From assembly GCA_973895155.1 (NCBI GenBank), contig OZ316894.1, forward strand, positions 6,906,234 to 6,970,233: 64,000 nucleotides of DNA, given 5' to 3'. This stretch comes from Marsupella aquatica (Eukaryota; Plantae; Marchantiophyta). The notes beneath the pieces were generated by a model, which was given only the letters and a program-made list of their open reading frames with translations, made no database searches and was not told the DNA's origin. Of the stretch, positions 38,721 to 51,108 are shown piece after piece; the stretch's first letter is position 1, and the number at the start of each line of letters is the position of its first letter. The translations under genes were made by a program, and so were the position numbers.

Positions 38721-39449
38721 CATTTCACTCAAGCGCTGACTATGGGTGTCGAGCTACGCTAGGGAGATTCCGTTTAATATGCACCACACGTAACTCCTGT
38801 ATAGCTACATAAACTTTCAATGTACAGCGTCAATCTTCTTTTGATTTGGGCTCACGGTTTCTTGTCAACCCACTTCTGTCCAGTAAGCTCGTAATGGCAG
38901 AACTTCATGAATGATACATCAATCTTAACAGGAAACTCTGCGCCATCAGGATTGTTAACAGGAAACTCTGCGCCATCAGGATTGCCAGCAAAACAGAGTG
39001 CGAGCTCAATTGAAATGAATTCGGCAATGGCCTTCAAAGTGGAGCCCAGACAGCGGAGAGAAGACTGAGGTGAATGAGAACCTTGAGCAACAGAAATTTA
39101 ACACAAACGTTCGCCGAATGCGCTGGTAGAATAATGCTGAAGTGAATCTGAGAATGATGTCCAGGCGCTGACGAAATCAGTTGTGTCAACGATTGTAAAG
39201 ATTTTCTTCAAAAAGGAGAACGCAAGATTCTTACGGTCAGCGCAGTCTTTCCACGACTTTTGAGTGTTCAGCCCAATCAGTCAAATGTAAGCTTACAGGT
39301 TCATGTTCCCAGCCGCTCTAGTCGTAGGCTACTATGACTAATGGAGAGCCGCTTATGCAGTCGCGCGCCTGGATCCATATTCAAATGCAATTACGAATCA
39401 TATTCAGTCACTATACAATGCATCCATATTCAAACGCAGGCTAAGGTCT

Positions 39450-39507
39450 GTCCCTGGATTTTAGGGTTTAGGGGTTTAGGGTCCCTGGATTGGAATAGTA
39501 TAAAAGG
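39450..39507 (+). promoter_or_regulatory. Telomere-like repeat (telo-box) insertion and TATA box upstream of the P450
   Basis: GTCCCTGGATT-TTAGGGTTTAGGGGTTTAGG-GTCCCTGGATT, then TATAAAAGG at 39499-39507. Confidence 0.7.
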
Positions 39508-39807
39508 CGTGCACCTGTGAGCACATGCAAACACGACCACAATTGTCCGCTTCCGTCCTTTGTCTGCAATCCTCCGGAAGGCAGGCAATGTCTGAATTGT
39601 CTCAATCCATTCTCTGCTGACCCCTCTTAGAGTTCTCTCCCAGTTTCAGGACTGGTCCATACAACTTGAAGAGCGGAGGTCGGACGTCGGTTGGAGTAGA
39701 GAGCCGAGGAGCTGATCTCCACGAGCACATCAAACGACAGTTTTTTCCCGGTTCCTGGCACAGTGTCTTATCTTGGAGGCTGCCTGATTGATAGCGTTCA
39801 TCATACG

Positions 39808-41816
39808 ATGATGAAAAGAACTGCGGAGGTGGCAGTTGGTAAGGCGGTACCAATGGATTTGGTCTCGTTGTTCAGCATAGCCATGGGAGCGTTCTTGTTG
39901 CTTCTGTGGTTCGTTCAATCGAGAAAGACGGCATCCCGTCGCCTACCACCTGGTCCACGACGATTGCCAGTGATTGGCAACCTCCATCTGCTGGCACTGG
40001 CTGGCAAGCCTCCCCACCAAGCATTGGCCGATCTGTCGAAAATATACGGACCACTGATGTCACTGAAGCTCGGTTCCCACAACGCCGTAGTGGCAACAAG
40101 TTCCAAGTATGCCAAGGAGATTCTCAAGACCCAGAACCAGCACTTCGCTTCTCGAGGGAGCACTGCAGCTGGAGTTATCATGAACTACGACCGGGCGAAC
40201 ATCGCGTGGGCTCCCTATGGTGACCACTTGAGAACTGTGCGAAAAATCGTTCAGACAGAGCTGCTTAACAACAAGCGAGTAGCCGCGTCTGAGGTACAAC
40301 TACTAACATCGAAATCCTCATAAATCTCATTGAAGTCAATGTTTTCTAACTTCACATTGTTGAGAGGCTCAGCAGACCTTAAGTAACGCTCTTATAATCT
40401 GGAGTCCCAGATATGTCATACCCGATGTCATGAAGGTCGGCTTGATCGACACTAATTGTAGACTTAGTCATCTCTTGTTTGAAACGAATGTGCCACTGTC
40501 TGACATGGCAGGAATGCCCTTTCTTGTTCTATGTGTGATGAACAGAAAGTGAGGACAAAGGAGGTTCTGATGTGTGTGCAGAGCATTCTGGAGAAGTGTG
40601 AGCAGGGCACAAAGCCCATCTACCTTGTCGAAGAGATTTTCAAACTCTCCACAAGAAACATCTCTCGAATGGTTTTCGGCAACGGCTCCAATTTGTTCGG
40701 AAAAGATACACCCGAGTCGAAGGAGCGCGAGGACGAATTCATGACGATGGTGAACGCCATTTTCAGGTACACCGGTATGTTCGTTATTGGGGATTTCGTC
40801 CCATCCCTCAAGAGATTTGATATTCAGGGTCATGAAGCGGAAATGGTGAAGCTCGCCAAGCAATCAGATAAACTTTATTCTCGCATTGTCGAAGAGCACC
40901 GCCAAAACGCTGGCAAAATTACTGGAGAACCCGACTTCGTCGACACTCTCTTGGCTGTTCAAAAGAAAGAAGGGCTCAGCGATGACAACGTGAAAGCCAT
41001 GGTCTCGGTATGTAACACTACTAGCTCAAACGTACAAATCTGTATTTTGGTTTTAGTTTAGTTCATGAATACGTAATTTTAAGGATCCTTCTCTTCAGAA
41101 GCTCTGAACCTTCATATATCATAACTGTCTGTCTGACCTAAATAATGCGTGCTATGATTATTCAGGACATGATCTTCGCTGCAACGGACACTTTAGCGAA
41201 TCAAACGGCTTGGACGTTTACAGAGTTGCTAAAGCACCCAGAGATCGTGAACAAAGCTCAGGAGGAGCTGGACTTCGTTGTAGGGAGGAGCAGGCTGGTG
41301 AAAGAATCAGATATCCGCAATCTCCCATACCTGCAAGCCATCATCAAGGAGTCCTTCCGCCTACACCCAGTGGCCGGCATTCTGCCCTATGAATCAACTG
41401 AAAACACCTACATTGACGGGTACTTCATCCCAGCCAAGAGCCGCGTCTTTGTGAACAACTACGCCATCTCGAGGTCCGAGGAGAACTGGGAAAATGCTCT
41501 GCAGTACAGGCCCGAGAGATTTACAGACGAGGACTGCACGAGAGATGTGAGGGGACAGAATTTTGAGCTTCTGCCTTTCGGGGCTGGTAGGAGGCAGTGC
41601 AGTGGCATGGCTCTGGGGTTGATCATGCTCCAGTACACCGTTGCGCAGCTGCTGCATGTGTGCGAGTTTTCGCTCCCAGCCGGCATGAAACCTGACGATG
41701 TCGACACAACGGAAGATTTCGGCGTCAGTACTCCTTCGAAGACCAAGCTGCAGGTCGTCGCTACTCCCCGTTTGGCAACATCCGTCCTGGACTCTGCCTT
41801 GGCGGCTCTTGATTGA
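39808..41816 (+). CDS. Cytochrome P450, CYP71 clan (A-type), 3 exons
   Basis: N-terminal TM helix, LPPGP hinge, LPVIGNLHLL, WAPYG, I-helix DMIFAATDT, K-helix KESFR, PERF and heme motif PFGAGRRQCSG. Exons 39808(or 39853)-40293, 40546-41007 and 41166-41816. Confidence 0.96.
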
Positions 41817-42978
41817 ATGGCTTCCGCTTTAAAATCATTCCCTTCCATTCCAGTATTGGCACCATGAGATCTGCACTCGACGCACGAGCCATTCCTTGCA
41901 ATCCTTAATTGAATGGATGATCCATTCAATTAGGGATTACATTGGAGAACATTTTGCAAATTTGTTAGAAAGGGTCGGTTTTGAATACTCACTCCACCTC
42001 TGTAATTACCAGGGAACTTATTAGTGTTGTATAGCTGTTAGCGTTTTGTCTCTCTTATTGACCAAATAGGTGTTAGCCCTGTTAAGTAGGATTCTTATCT
42101 CCCCGTAATTTAAGGGGCTTACCGTGGTAGCTTAGCAGGCCCATGTGTGTAGTCATTATCTTCCAATTGGGAACCTAATCAAGTTTTCATAGAAGCTTCC
42201 ATACTCGTATCGACTGTAGAGACTCATTCTTAGTTGTGCTAATAAGGATGATAGTGTTTTAATTTGTAGAGTTGCCCATCCTTAGGTTTTTATAACTAGC
42301 TATGGTCTCGAGATTAGTTCTGACAATTCTTTTCAGGTGAGACGTAAAACACAGTTCAAGGCAACGAAGTTATTTTGTACGTCCTAAATTTTGTGTCTCA
42401 TCCAGAAATGCTTTAATCGAGAATGCATGCCTCAAACTGTGATCATATCAAATCGGACGACATCTCTTGAAGTCAGTAAGCCCCGCTGGGGATACTGACT
42501 ATCAAATCTGTGCATCTGAAAGTGGGGAGTGTATTAATTTGCACTACTGGCAGCCTGGGTCATGTCTGGGCCCAAGTCCTAAGAAGGGTAGCATTCATCG
42601 GTGTGAAATCTGAACATCTCCCTCTATTGTACTTGCTCAGAGCTCAGAGCATAATCACAGAGTGAAACCCGAGAACGAAAACGAATACCCCAGAACGAAA
42701 ACGCACATCAAATGGTCTTTGATTCAACTGAAGATTCATCTGCCTCAGCTAGAGATTCATACCATGTGGTCTGGTGCATTGCCTTACGTGGCTGGCAATC
42801 TCTGCTGTGGAAGCCTGCTCAATCTTGGGGGAAGTTAAGACGTGGACCAGCACTTTGAGTTCCACAAACAAGAATGACTTAGTTCTTTTTTTTGCATTGT
42901 TCTGGCCTTTAATGCCTAAGTGGCCAGAAATTTAGTTTGTAGAATGATTCACTTTGGATGGGAATCCGGCTAAGACCA

Positions 42979-42989
42979 GAATGCTCTCC

Positions 42990-43031
<42 letters not shown>

Positions 43032-43037
43032 CTCTCC

Positions 43038-43074
<37 letters not shown>
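42979..43074. repeat. (GA)n microsatellite duplicated together with the flanking GAATGCTCTCCGCA
   Basis: Two GA tracts, each preceded by the same 14-mer. Confidence 0.9.
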
Positions 43075-43078
<4 letters not shown>

Positions 43079-43984
43079 ATGGACCGGTTTTCTACCACTG
43101 ACAAAAGGCTTTCTTTGTTTGACTTGACTCTAAAATAATAAATTTTAGGTCAGGAACTCAAAGCACTGTTAGAGTCCTCCTGTCTCAAGAATTGTCCAAT
43201 AAAAGCCTAGGGCATTTATTTTGGACAACTCCCTCACAGGAGTCCCTTTACCTTGATACTAAAACTTTGTAAAAAAAAGCGAAGCAAAGCAATCCAAGAC
43301 GCAAAAGAGAAGTGTGTCAATTGCAGGTCTCTTTCATGTACTTGGAGATCTCGAGACTACTATCATGTACTTGGAGATCATGAGACCAAAATGACCTTGA
43401 GGTACTCTAAGGAAGTGCTTTGTTAGAGTGGTTCTCAAAATTCAAGTGTGCCTGTCTAACATAGCAGATCCATGGTTCGTGGTTAGCCACTTGATCCTAA
43501 ACTAGTCAGAGGTTTAGATCTGACAACTTGGCTTGCATTACTGAGACACCTGTGGAACAAGGCGGTTAGCTAATGGGGATGCAACAACCCCTCCCCCATA
43601 TTTACCAGAGTTTGGTTTGTGTTTGTGCTACACTAGTTCTTTATGCTCTCTGCTGTCAAAGAAAACAGTCTCCTCTTTCTGTTCTTTCTGTAATTCTTTC
43701 TGTTATCCTAATCATTCCCCAGTTCTTAAGAAGTCTTTGTGAAGTCTTTGTGTTTTATCAAAGCCTACACATTGTCTAAAGGTTGAGTAGCAATATTTGT
43801 TCCAAACTGTTTAATCATTGAGGTTGAATCTCTCTTTACTGCTTTAAGTGATGGACCCACCTAAGTACTCACTTAGGATCCATGAGTGTCTAAGGCAACT
43901 TTGTTGCCTGAAGTGAATTTTTTTTATCTAGAGCCAGTTCTCATAGGGACAAATTGAGGTACGTTGCTTTCCTTGAAAGAGTCA

Positions 43985-46865
43985 TTTATATAAATTTTGA
44001 TCCCCCGCCAAAAGCCCCATGGAAAGGGCGAACAGAGAAGGCCAAAAGACCCGACGCAACAGACCCCACCACCGGACAGCCCCCCAACAAGTGAAGGCGC
44101 AGACCAAGGGCAAAGGACCAGCAAACACATAATAAAGCACAGGGAGACATATCACATCAAAGGCCAAGCACATCACACCCCAGTGACAATGCAGCCACTG
44201 CCAAAAAAGAGCCAACCCCTACGCCTCTCATCAATCCAGGTTTTTGCCCTAAGTAGTCTGGTGCATTTCCTAATGGGAAGAGAATGGCAACTAACCGCAT
44301 ACAGATTCTCAGCCGCCTCGGTAAGGACCAGGCCTAAATCAAATGAGCGTCTACCACGCAACTGGAACATATGCGTGTTCCTCCCCGTCCATAGTCTTCA
44401 CAGAATTTGATGCAAAACAAAAAGTTGTGCAGCCTGCTTCTCATCTTTCCCACAAGCAGCCTCCAACAAGACATTCAGTCCTTGACCAATTGGCATACCC
44501 AATCCACTAACAAAAGCCTTACAAATGCTTCAGCTTCTAATTGCATGTGTACATCTGAAAAAAAATGGGGAATAGTCTCCAATACCCCACAGCAAAGTTT
44601 GCAATCTCCATGGCTTACATCAATTCTGAGCGCACACTCCCCAGAGAAAAGAACCCCTACAATAATTCTCCATATAAAGGTCTTGCTTCTAACCGGCAAA
44701 TCAGAGCTCCATAGCTTGGTCCAGTCCACGTTCCAAACCAGCTTTGGTTGGGAGAGAGACCAAATCCTCTTAAGTCGCTCATGAGTAGCGGTCTTTGGTC
44801 TAAAAAAATCATATACCCGACAATTCTCGATCCTGAAGTCCTTCAGCCCAACTCCCGCGTTGTCACTCCAGCATTGTCACTCCCGCGTTGTCACTCCAGG
44901 TAGTATTCAGAACAACAGTAATTTGTGTTCCACAAACGCTCCAAGAAAGTCCTGGCCAGCAGACGATGCTGAGCCAAAACACTTCGAATGTTGTGCCATC
45001 TCAGAGGAAGGTCCTTCTAGCAGCCGTCATCCGCCGACCAGCCGTCCCTAGCAGTCCTCATTCCCAGTCTGCCACAAATAGCAGCAATTATCGTAATGGT
45101 CGAATTGGGCAGCAAATTGAAGCCAACCATGCATCGAAGAGTGTCAGTGATGTTCCACCGCACTAGCGGTCCCATTTGTCCAGGTTCAAATGAAAGGTGA
45201 GCTCTAACCAGTTCCCAACTCCTCCACAAACTAGTCGTGTAAGGGAGACCACTAAAGGAACGAGGTGAACAAAGTAAGAGCAGCTGGTCTTGGAGGAATA
45301 ACCATTTCTTCTAATAACCTAATAGTTAATCCATCCCATCAATGATAAGTTTGCTGCCAGCATCCAAGACCATTCAAGGTTCGGGGAGTTTAGTGCCTTA
45401 GTGAACCATTGTGAAGGCAGAGCATCGGAGTGACTGTGAAAATCCCTGAATCCCAGTCCACGCTCCACCCGTGGGCGTGCCATCCTATTCCATGCCACTA
45501 GATGAATCTTCTTTCCTCCAACCTCATTATAACCCCATAAAAAATCTCTGCTGAGAGCAATTACTTTCTTGGCTAATCCTGCAGAGTCTTTGCAGTACAT
45601 TACGTGATAAAAAGGGATAGCTAGTAAGACTTGCTTCACAAGCAGGGAAAGTCCGGTGAAAGAGAGTAGTTTGTTTAACCATGCAGACAGCCTAGAGCTG
45701 ATCTTGTCGAGGCAGAATTTGTGGAGTTGCTCCATAAGCAGCCCCTCTCCAAGACCTAATGGTGCACCAAGATACTTCTAAATCTTCCCTCTCCTGCTAA
45801 TAAGGCAACCTGTATTTCTCAGCCACTTGGCACCATAGCCAAAGGAATCACCACTGATTTCAGATTCAACTTTGCACCAGTGGCCATCTCATAGCATTCT
45901 AGGGCAGTTTTTGTAACTATCCTCAAAATCCTTTCTGTAGCCGGGATAAACATCCCCACATCATCCGCAAAGAGTCTATAGCAAAATAATCTTGAAATCA
46001 TCCATAATCTGCAAACCGTTAAATCTTCCTCCTTCCATCTCTGCAACAAGAAAATCCATGAGTGGCTGCGTGGAAATCACAAAAAGCAGCTGCCCTATCG
46101 AACACCACGCTTCAGCTCAAAGGAGTTAGAGAGGAAGCCATTCACCAGCACACGAGAGGAAGCCTAAGCCAACAATGCTTTCACCAGGCAGCATAATAAA
46201 TCGTCCACTAATCCCTAACAAGTGCATGCAATCCCAAATATACTCATGACAAACTCTCTCAAACACCTTTTCAAATCAAGCTTCAAGAACAAGGCTTCTC
46301 TCTTCCGGTTGTGCACCCAGTGACATGTAAGCCAAGCTAGAGAGATGTTCTCTAGAATATGTCAACCCAAGATAAATCCAGTCTGTTGGGGGCTAATGAT
46401 CCTGTTTAGAATTGGTTTCAACCGCAACGCAAGGATCTTTGCAATCAACTTGTAAATTGTGTTCAACATGGTTAATGGTCGCCAGTCTTTTAAGATTGAA
46501 GCGTTTATCAGGTTTCTTAGGTATAAATTTAATTATCCCCTCACAAATCCCTGCATCCAGTGCCCCGGAAAGCCAAAACTCCTGAATCATATCCACCAGA
46601 TCTTGTCCTAGAAATCCCCAACAAGCTCTGTAGACCTCCGCAGTCAAACCATCTGGGCCAGGGGATTAGTCATTCGGCAGTAGCCACAACACATCCTTTA
46701 TCTCGTGGTAGGTTGGTAGCATATCCATCTTTAGGATCTCCTCTCCAGAGAGCACAAATTGAGTATTACTCAACAATCTTGCTGTGGCAGATAGTGCTAC
46801 CATCCCTCCTGATCAAAGAAGTCATCGCCTCACGAGATCGCTTAGCTTGGCAAAGAAGGAGGTAC
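43985..46865 (-). mobile_element. 5'-truncated, decayed L1-clade LINE (RT + zf-RVT)
   Basis: Motifs PGPDGLTAEVYRACW, WRPLTMLNTIYKLIAK, QTGFI, RLFADD, YLGAP, LLVKQVLLAIP, HLVAW..GLG and zf-RVT KTFIWRI..CKLC..ETIPHFF, with many frameshifts and stops. Confidence 0.9.
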
Positions 46866-46890
46866 AGTAGTTTCTTAGCTTTTTTAATTT

Positions 46891-47116
46891 CAGCTTTTAA
46901 GTACATTGCCACTAAAGATGTTTGAATTTAATTATAATATTACAACTGTTTTTGTTGTATTTACAAAAATGCCACAGTCTCCGTATAGAGCTCCCCTGGT
47001 TACCTTAGGGAACTTGTCATCCATATACAAAACCGTTGCATTTTTATAAATACAAAAAAAAACCATGACAATATTGTCAATTAGAACATCTTTACTGGCA
47101 ATGTACTTAAAAGCTA
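46891..47116. mobile_element. Mutator-like foldback MITE
   Basis: ~100-bp inverted arms starting AGCTTTTAAGTACATTGCCA / TGGCAATGTACTTAAAAGCT, flanked by the exact 10-bp duplication TTTTTAATTT (46881-46890 and 47117-47126). Confidence 0.85.
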
Positions 47117-48279
47117 TTTTTAATTTTTAAAGAAGCATAATTGTGTGACTCCTAAGCTCCTCCTTGCATAGGATGGTTCAGAAAATATTAATAAAATAGC
47201 CAATTTGCTACAAATTTCTACTACTATTCTCATAACATTGCGCTCCATCAATGCTATCCCACCTGCAAGCGAAAAGCTCACTCAGGGAAGTTTTCTTCCA
47301 TAAGGTGTAGTTTAGAACACTGCTTAATATTAATATGAATTCCAATATGAGATGCATCTGCTTTACACTAGTTTACACAGGGTTGCAAAGATTTACACTT
47401 GGGTACTTTACATGGCTTGCTATTTTGTGTTTGATGTGCACATTTGAGCAGCACATAATCGGGCACACAATTAATCTATGTTAGGTTTTTAGGTCAATTG
47501 AGAGGGTCATAGACACACTGACCACTTTGATGGCTAAAATGAAACAGCAAAATCTGTGGAGAAGTTATCTAACACAGAAACACTGTCCAGGTGAATAATT
47601 TTATTCTCTCCTACTGGACAAAGATGCTCTCTAGCTACTCGACTCCCCACTCTAAAATGTAGTTTCCGGGCCTATGACAAATGCGGGGGAATGCATTCCA
47701 AGAGGCCTCGTGCACAAAAGTACAGGTCACCTTTAAGCCTTTACACATCAAGATCCACAGGTGTCAGGTAGGTTCAAGCAAACTGTTAGGAATTGACTCT
47801 AGTTCCCGGCTGTAATTTGGTTGGCCTTAGTTCCCGGCTGTAATTCGGTTGGCCTTACTAGGTTTAGTCAATCCTTGGTTAGATTAGAATAAAATACACT
47901 TTACTTAGGCCCACACATCTTGGTCCCAACTTGGGAGTATAGGTTGGATGGAGAGCATTCTCTCTCTCATTCTTCATTATGTACTTTCTAATGAGCCATG
48001 TATCCTTGAGGAATTTCTCCACTTGTGGTGCCTTGTTAGTGTAGCATCTGACTGAGTGTGTTCTAATGTTCTGAATTTGCTATCTAGTCTAAACTAACGG
48101 TTTCTTACACAAACCAGTGCTGGAGTACCCGCCAATTCAAAAGCCAGAAACAGCTAGCCACCTTACACGTACAACTGTGAAGGCATCTCAGTGTAGAAAA
48201 GGAAGACTTGTCCATCCACTCCGTCTTGTAAAGAGACCTATTGATGTAGTGTCAAGCAATAACTCACACAGATTGACAA

Positions 48280-48660
48280 CACCTGTTGAAGGCCCACTAG
48301 TTGATGTCACCACTTATTGAACTCCCACATGCCAAACACTAACTCACTTATTCAACACCCACTAGGTGATGCCATGTCAAAATTTCAACACCCACCAGTT
48401 CATATAATGGCAAACAGTACCCAGAACTAACACCCACTAACATCCACCAGTTGATGTCATGTCAAAGACCCACAAACACCTATTACCACTAGTTGATCTC
48501 ATATCAAAATTTCAACACCCACTAGTTCATGTAATGTCACATAGTAATTAACCAGAACTAACACCCACTAAATCCCACCAGTTGATGTCATGTCAAACAC
48601 CCACTAACACCCACTAACACCCTCCGAAACACACTACAGTAGTTGATGTCATGGCAACAA
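48280..48660. repeat. Degenerate tandem array of ACACCCACTAGTTGATGTCA-like units
   Basis: The motif CCCAC(T/C)AGTT(G/C)ATGT/AACACCCACTAA recurs many times directly upstream of the kinase ORF. Confidence 0.8.
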
Positions 48661-49003
48661 AACTTTTATCGACATGCTGATTCATTCATCTGCTTTTAGC
48701 CACATTGTAGATAACTCTATTCCATCTATTAATGTAACCAATAGAGTGAGTGAAGACCATCCAATAGCTACAGTCACTACAGCCGTCTTACAGATAACTT
48801 TTACAGAGAACCAGAGCTGGTCTTTCACGACTTTTACAGAGCCGTGATGACGACGAGAATCGTCACGCGCAGAGGTGGATTGGAATTAGGGAGGACCAAC
48901 GAACAAAGATGGTACCCTTTCCTCCGTGGAACATTCACAGTTCCATTCGAGAGCTTCGTCGACACTGATCTCTATCACCCCCGTGGAGCCCAACACACAA
49001 AGG

Positions 49004-49981
49004 ATGGCGAAGAAGGGCGATTGCGTCTTCATCGTGAATCCGAATGGGGGAAACGGGAAAACCGGCAACACCTGGAAGAAGCTCTTCCCCAAGCTCAGCG
49101 TTCAGCTCACGGACTACAACATCTCCGAGCAGCTGACGACTGGGCCACGGCATGCAATTCAGCTCACCAGGCAGGCGATTCTGGATGGAGCTGCAGCTGT
49201 CATCGCTGTCGGTGGGGATGGCACGCTCAACGAGGTGGTGAACGGATTTTTCCAGGACGGGAAGCTGATTCAGAGAAAACCTGGCGAGGAATCCTCTGAT
49301 GTGAGCACTTCTCGGACGTCTCTCGGGTTGATACCCATGGGCACTGCATCTGACTTTGCTAAAGTGTTTGGTTGGGATACAGATCCGATCAAGGCTGTGA
49401 GTCGCATCGCCAAAGGTGAGTCGAAGAGAATTGATGTGGGGCGTGTTGAGAATGGAAAGGACCTACAGGAGCGGTTCTTCATCAATGTTGCCGATCTGCA
49501 TTTGAGTGCTAAGGCAGGGTTTTACGGTGGATTGCACAAAAGGCTTGGCAGTCTCTGTTATGTAATTGGGACCTTGCAAGCGTTTCAGGGCCACAAGAAC
49601 CGTGATCTTAAGATTCGCGTCGATGGAGGCGATTGGGAACATGTGTCAAATGTGACAACAATCTGTGTGTGCAACTCGAAATATTTCGGCGGTGGGATGA
49701 AGATTGCCCCGTCAGCAGATCCAATCTCTGGTGATCTGGAGGTTGTGATGTTTAGAGACTACAAGTGGCATGACTTTTTACTGCAGTTGAGAATGCTTTA
49801 TCAAGGCACTCATGTCCAGCAACCGAGAGTCACGTCTGTCAGGGCACATTCGATTGATGTAGAAGAGGTAGAGACAGACGCGTCTTACGCTGGGACTTTC
49901 GTTCAAGCCGATGGAGAGCATCTAGGTTACCTGAATGCCTCTTTTTCAGTGTTACCAGCAGTGATCGATTTCTTTGTATAG
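49004..49981 (+). CDS. LCBK2: Diacylglycerol-kinase-family (YegS-like) sphingoid long-chain base kinase, LCBK2-like, intronless
   Basis: Motifs [63 protein letters not shown] and QADGEHLG in a single uninterrupted ORF. Confidence 0.9.
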   Translation: MAKKGDCVFIVNPNGGNGKTGNTWKKLFPKLSVQLTDYNISEQLTTGPRHAIQLTRQAILDGAAAVIAVGGDGTLNEVVNGFFQDGKLIQRKPGEESSDVSTSRTSLGLIPMGTASDFAKVFGWDTDPIKAVSRIAKGESKRIDVGRVENGKDLQERFFINVADLHLSAKAGFYGGLHKRLGSLCYVIGTLQAFQGHKNRDLKIRVDGGDWEHVSNVTTICVCNSKYFGGGMKIAPSADPISGDLEVVMFRDYKWHDFLLQLRMLYQGTHVQQPRVTSVRAHSIDVEEVETDASYAGTFVQADGEHLGYLNASFSVLPAVIDFFV

Positions 49982-50724
49982 TCGTATAGCAAGCTTGGGG
50001 TTAATCTTAGAAAAATATCATAATTAGCATGTACATAACATCACCTATAATGTCTTGGAGCTGTTCCATGTTGCTCGGTTGTGCTAGGATGCTCTTCTAT
50101 AATACTTCCAATTGGTTTGTCAAGGGCTGCTTATTGGAGACCCATTCTTGTAAGATCCTGATCTTCTGTGCTAATGCATGGTCAATCGCCCTGGTCTATT
50201 TACCTGCAAGCAATATCTACAACAGTGCAAAGGTACGGCAAAAGTAGCCTGTATGAAGGACAATTCATTTCAGAAATTCTATACAAAAAGCGGCATAGCA
50301 CGAAAAACCTTTCAAGTAACTAGACCCTCCTTTGTTGGTCAAGATATTTTCAAAATCAAAAGTCTTCTGAGTTTTTACTATGCATACTTCAACAATTGAG
50401 ACAATGCTACCATCCTTCTTCAGACCCAAGAATATGATAGGTTCACAACGGATCCATCGGCAAAGAGAGTCTCCCCTCAGCCGGCCTGCACACTTTCAGG
50501 CTCGGGGCCTGCACACGACAGTGTAACGAAGAATTTTGCAGTTCCGCGCTAGTTTCCCTAGGATCATCGAAGCACAACAACAAGCTAGGTGAAAGCAGTA
50601 CTTAGATACGTGTTGGCAATCGAATTCCTACATTAACGATTGAAAAGCCGCTTTGAAAGCTCCGAACTGTGAAAGCTCCGAACTGTCTAGAGAGGAAAAT
50701 TAGAGACCAATATTACTTCGCAAT

Positions 50725-51108
50725 TCAAAAGCTACCAATTCGTTTAGTCTTTCCAAACGCTGGTAATAATAAATGCGGCAGCTATCTTATATTGTCTTTA
50801 ACCCTTACCTGATGTTTGACTTGGATTCCAAAGTTCATACGCTACTAAGAAATTGGTTCTGGTACATGTCTGTGCCTTCCAATAATAAGAATGCTACTGC
50901 TCTGATAAAAATCTATTCAAAAGCTACCAATTCGTTTAGTCTTTCCAAACGCTGGTAATAATAAATGCGGCAGCTATCTTATATTGTCTTTAACCCTTAC
51001 CTGATGTTTGACTTGGATTCCAAAGTTCATACGCTACTAAGAAATTGGTTCTGGTACATGTCTGTGCCTTCCAATAATAAGAATGCTACTGCTCGGATAA
51101 AAATCTAC
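50725..51108. repeat. Near-identical 192-bp tandem duplication
   Basis: TTCAAAAGCTACC...ATAAAAATCTA occurs twice with about one mismatch. Confidence 0.95.

Noticed and set aside
41459-41929. Antisense ORF overlapping the P450, and similar shadow ORFs over BXL, LCBK2 and the retroelement
   Set aside because: These are expected by-products of codon bias on the opposite strand and carry no motifs.
48280-48660. Repeat-spacer array
   Set aside because: Degenerate minisatellite with irregular, mutually related intervening sequence.
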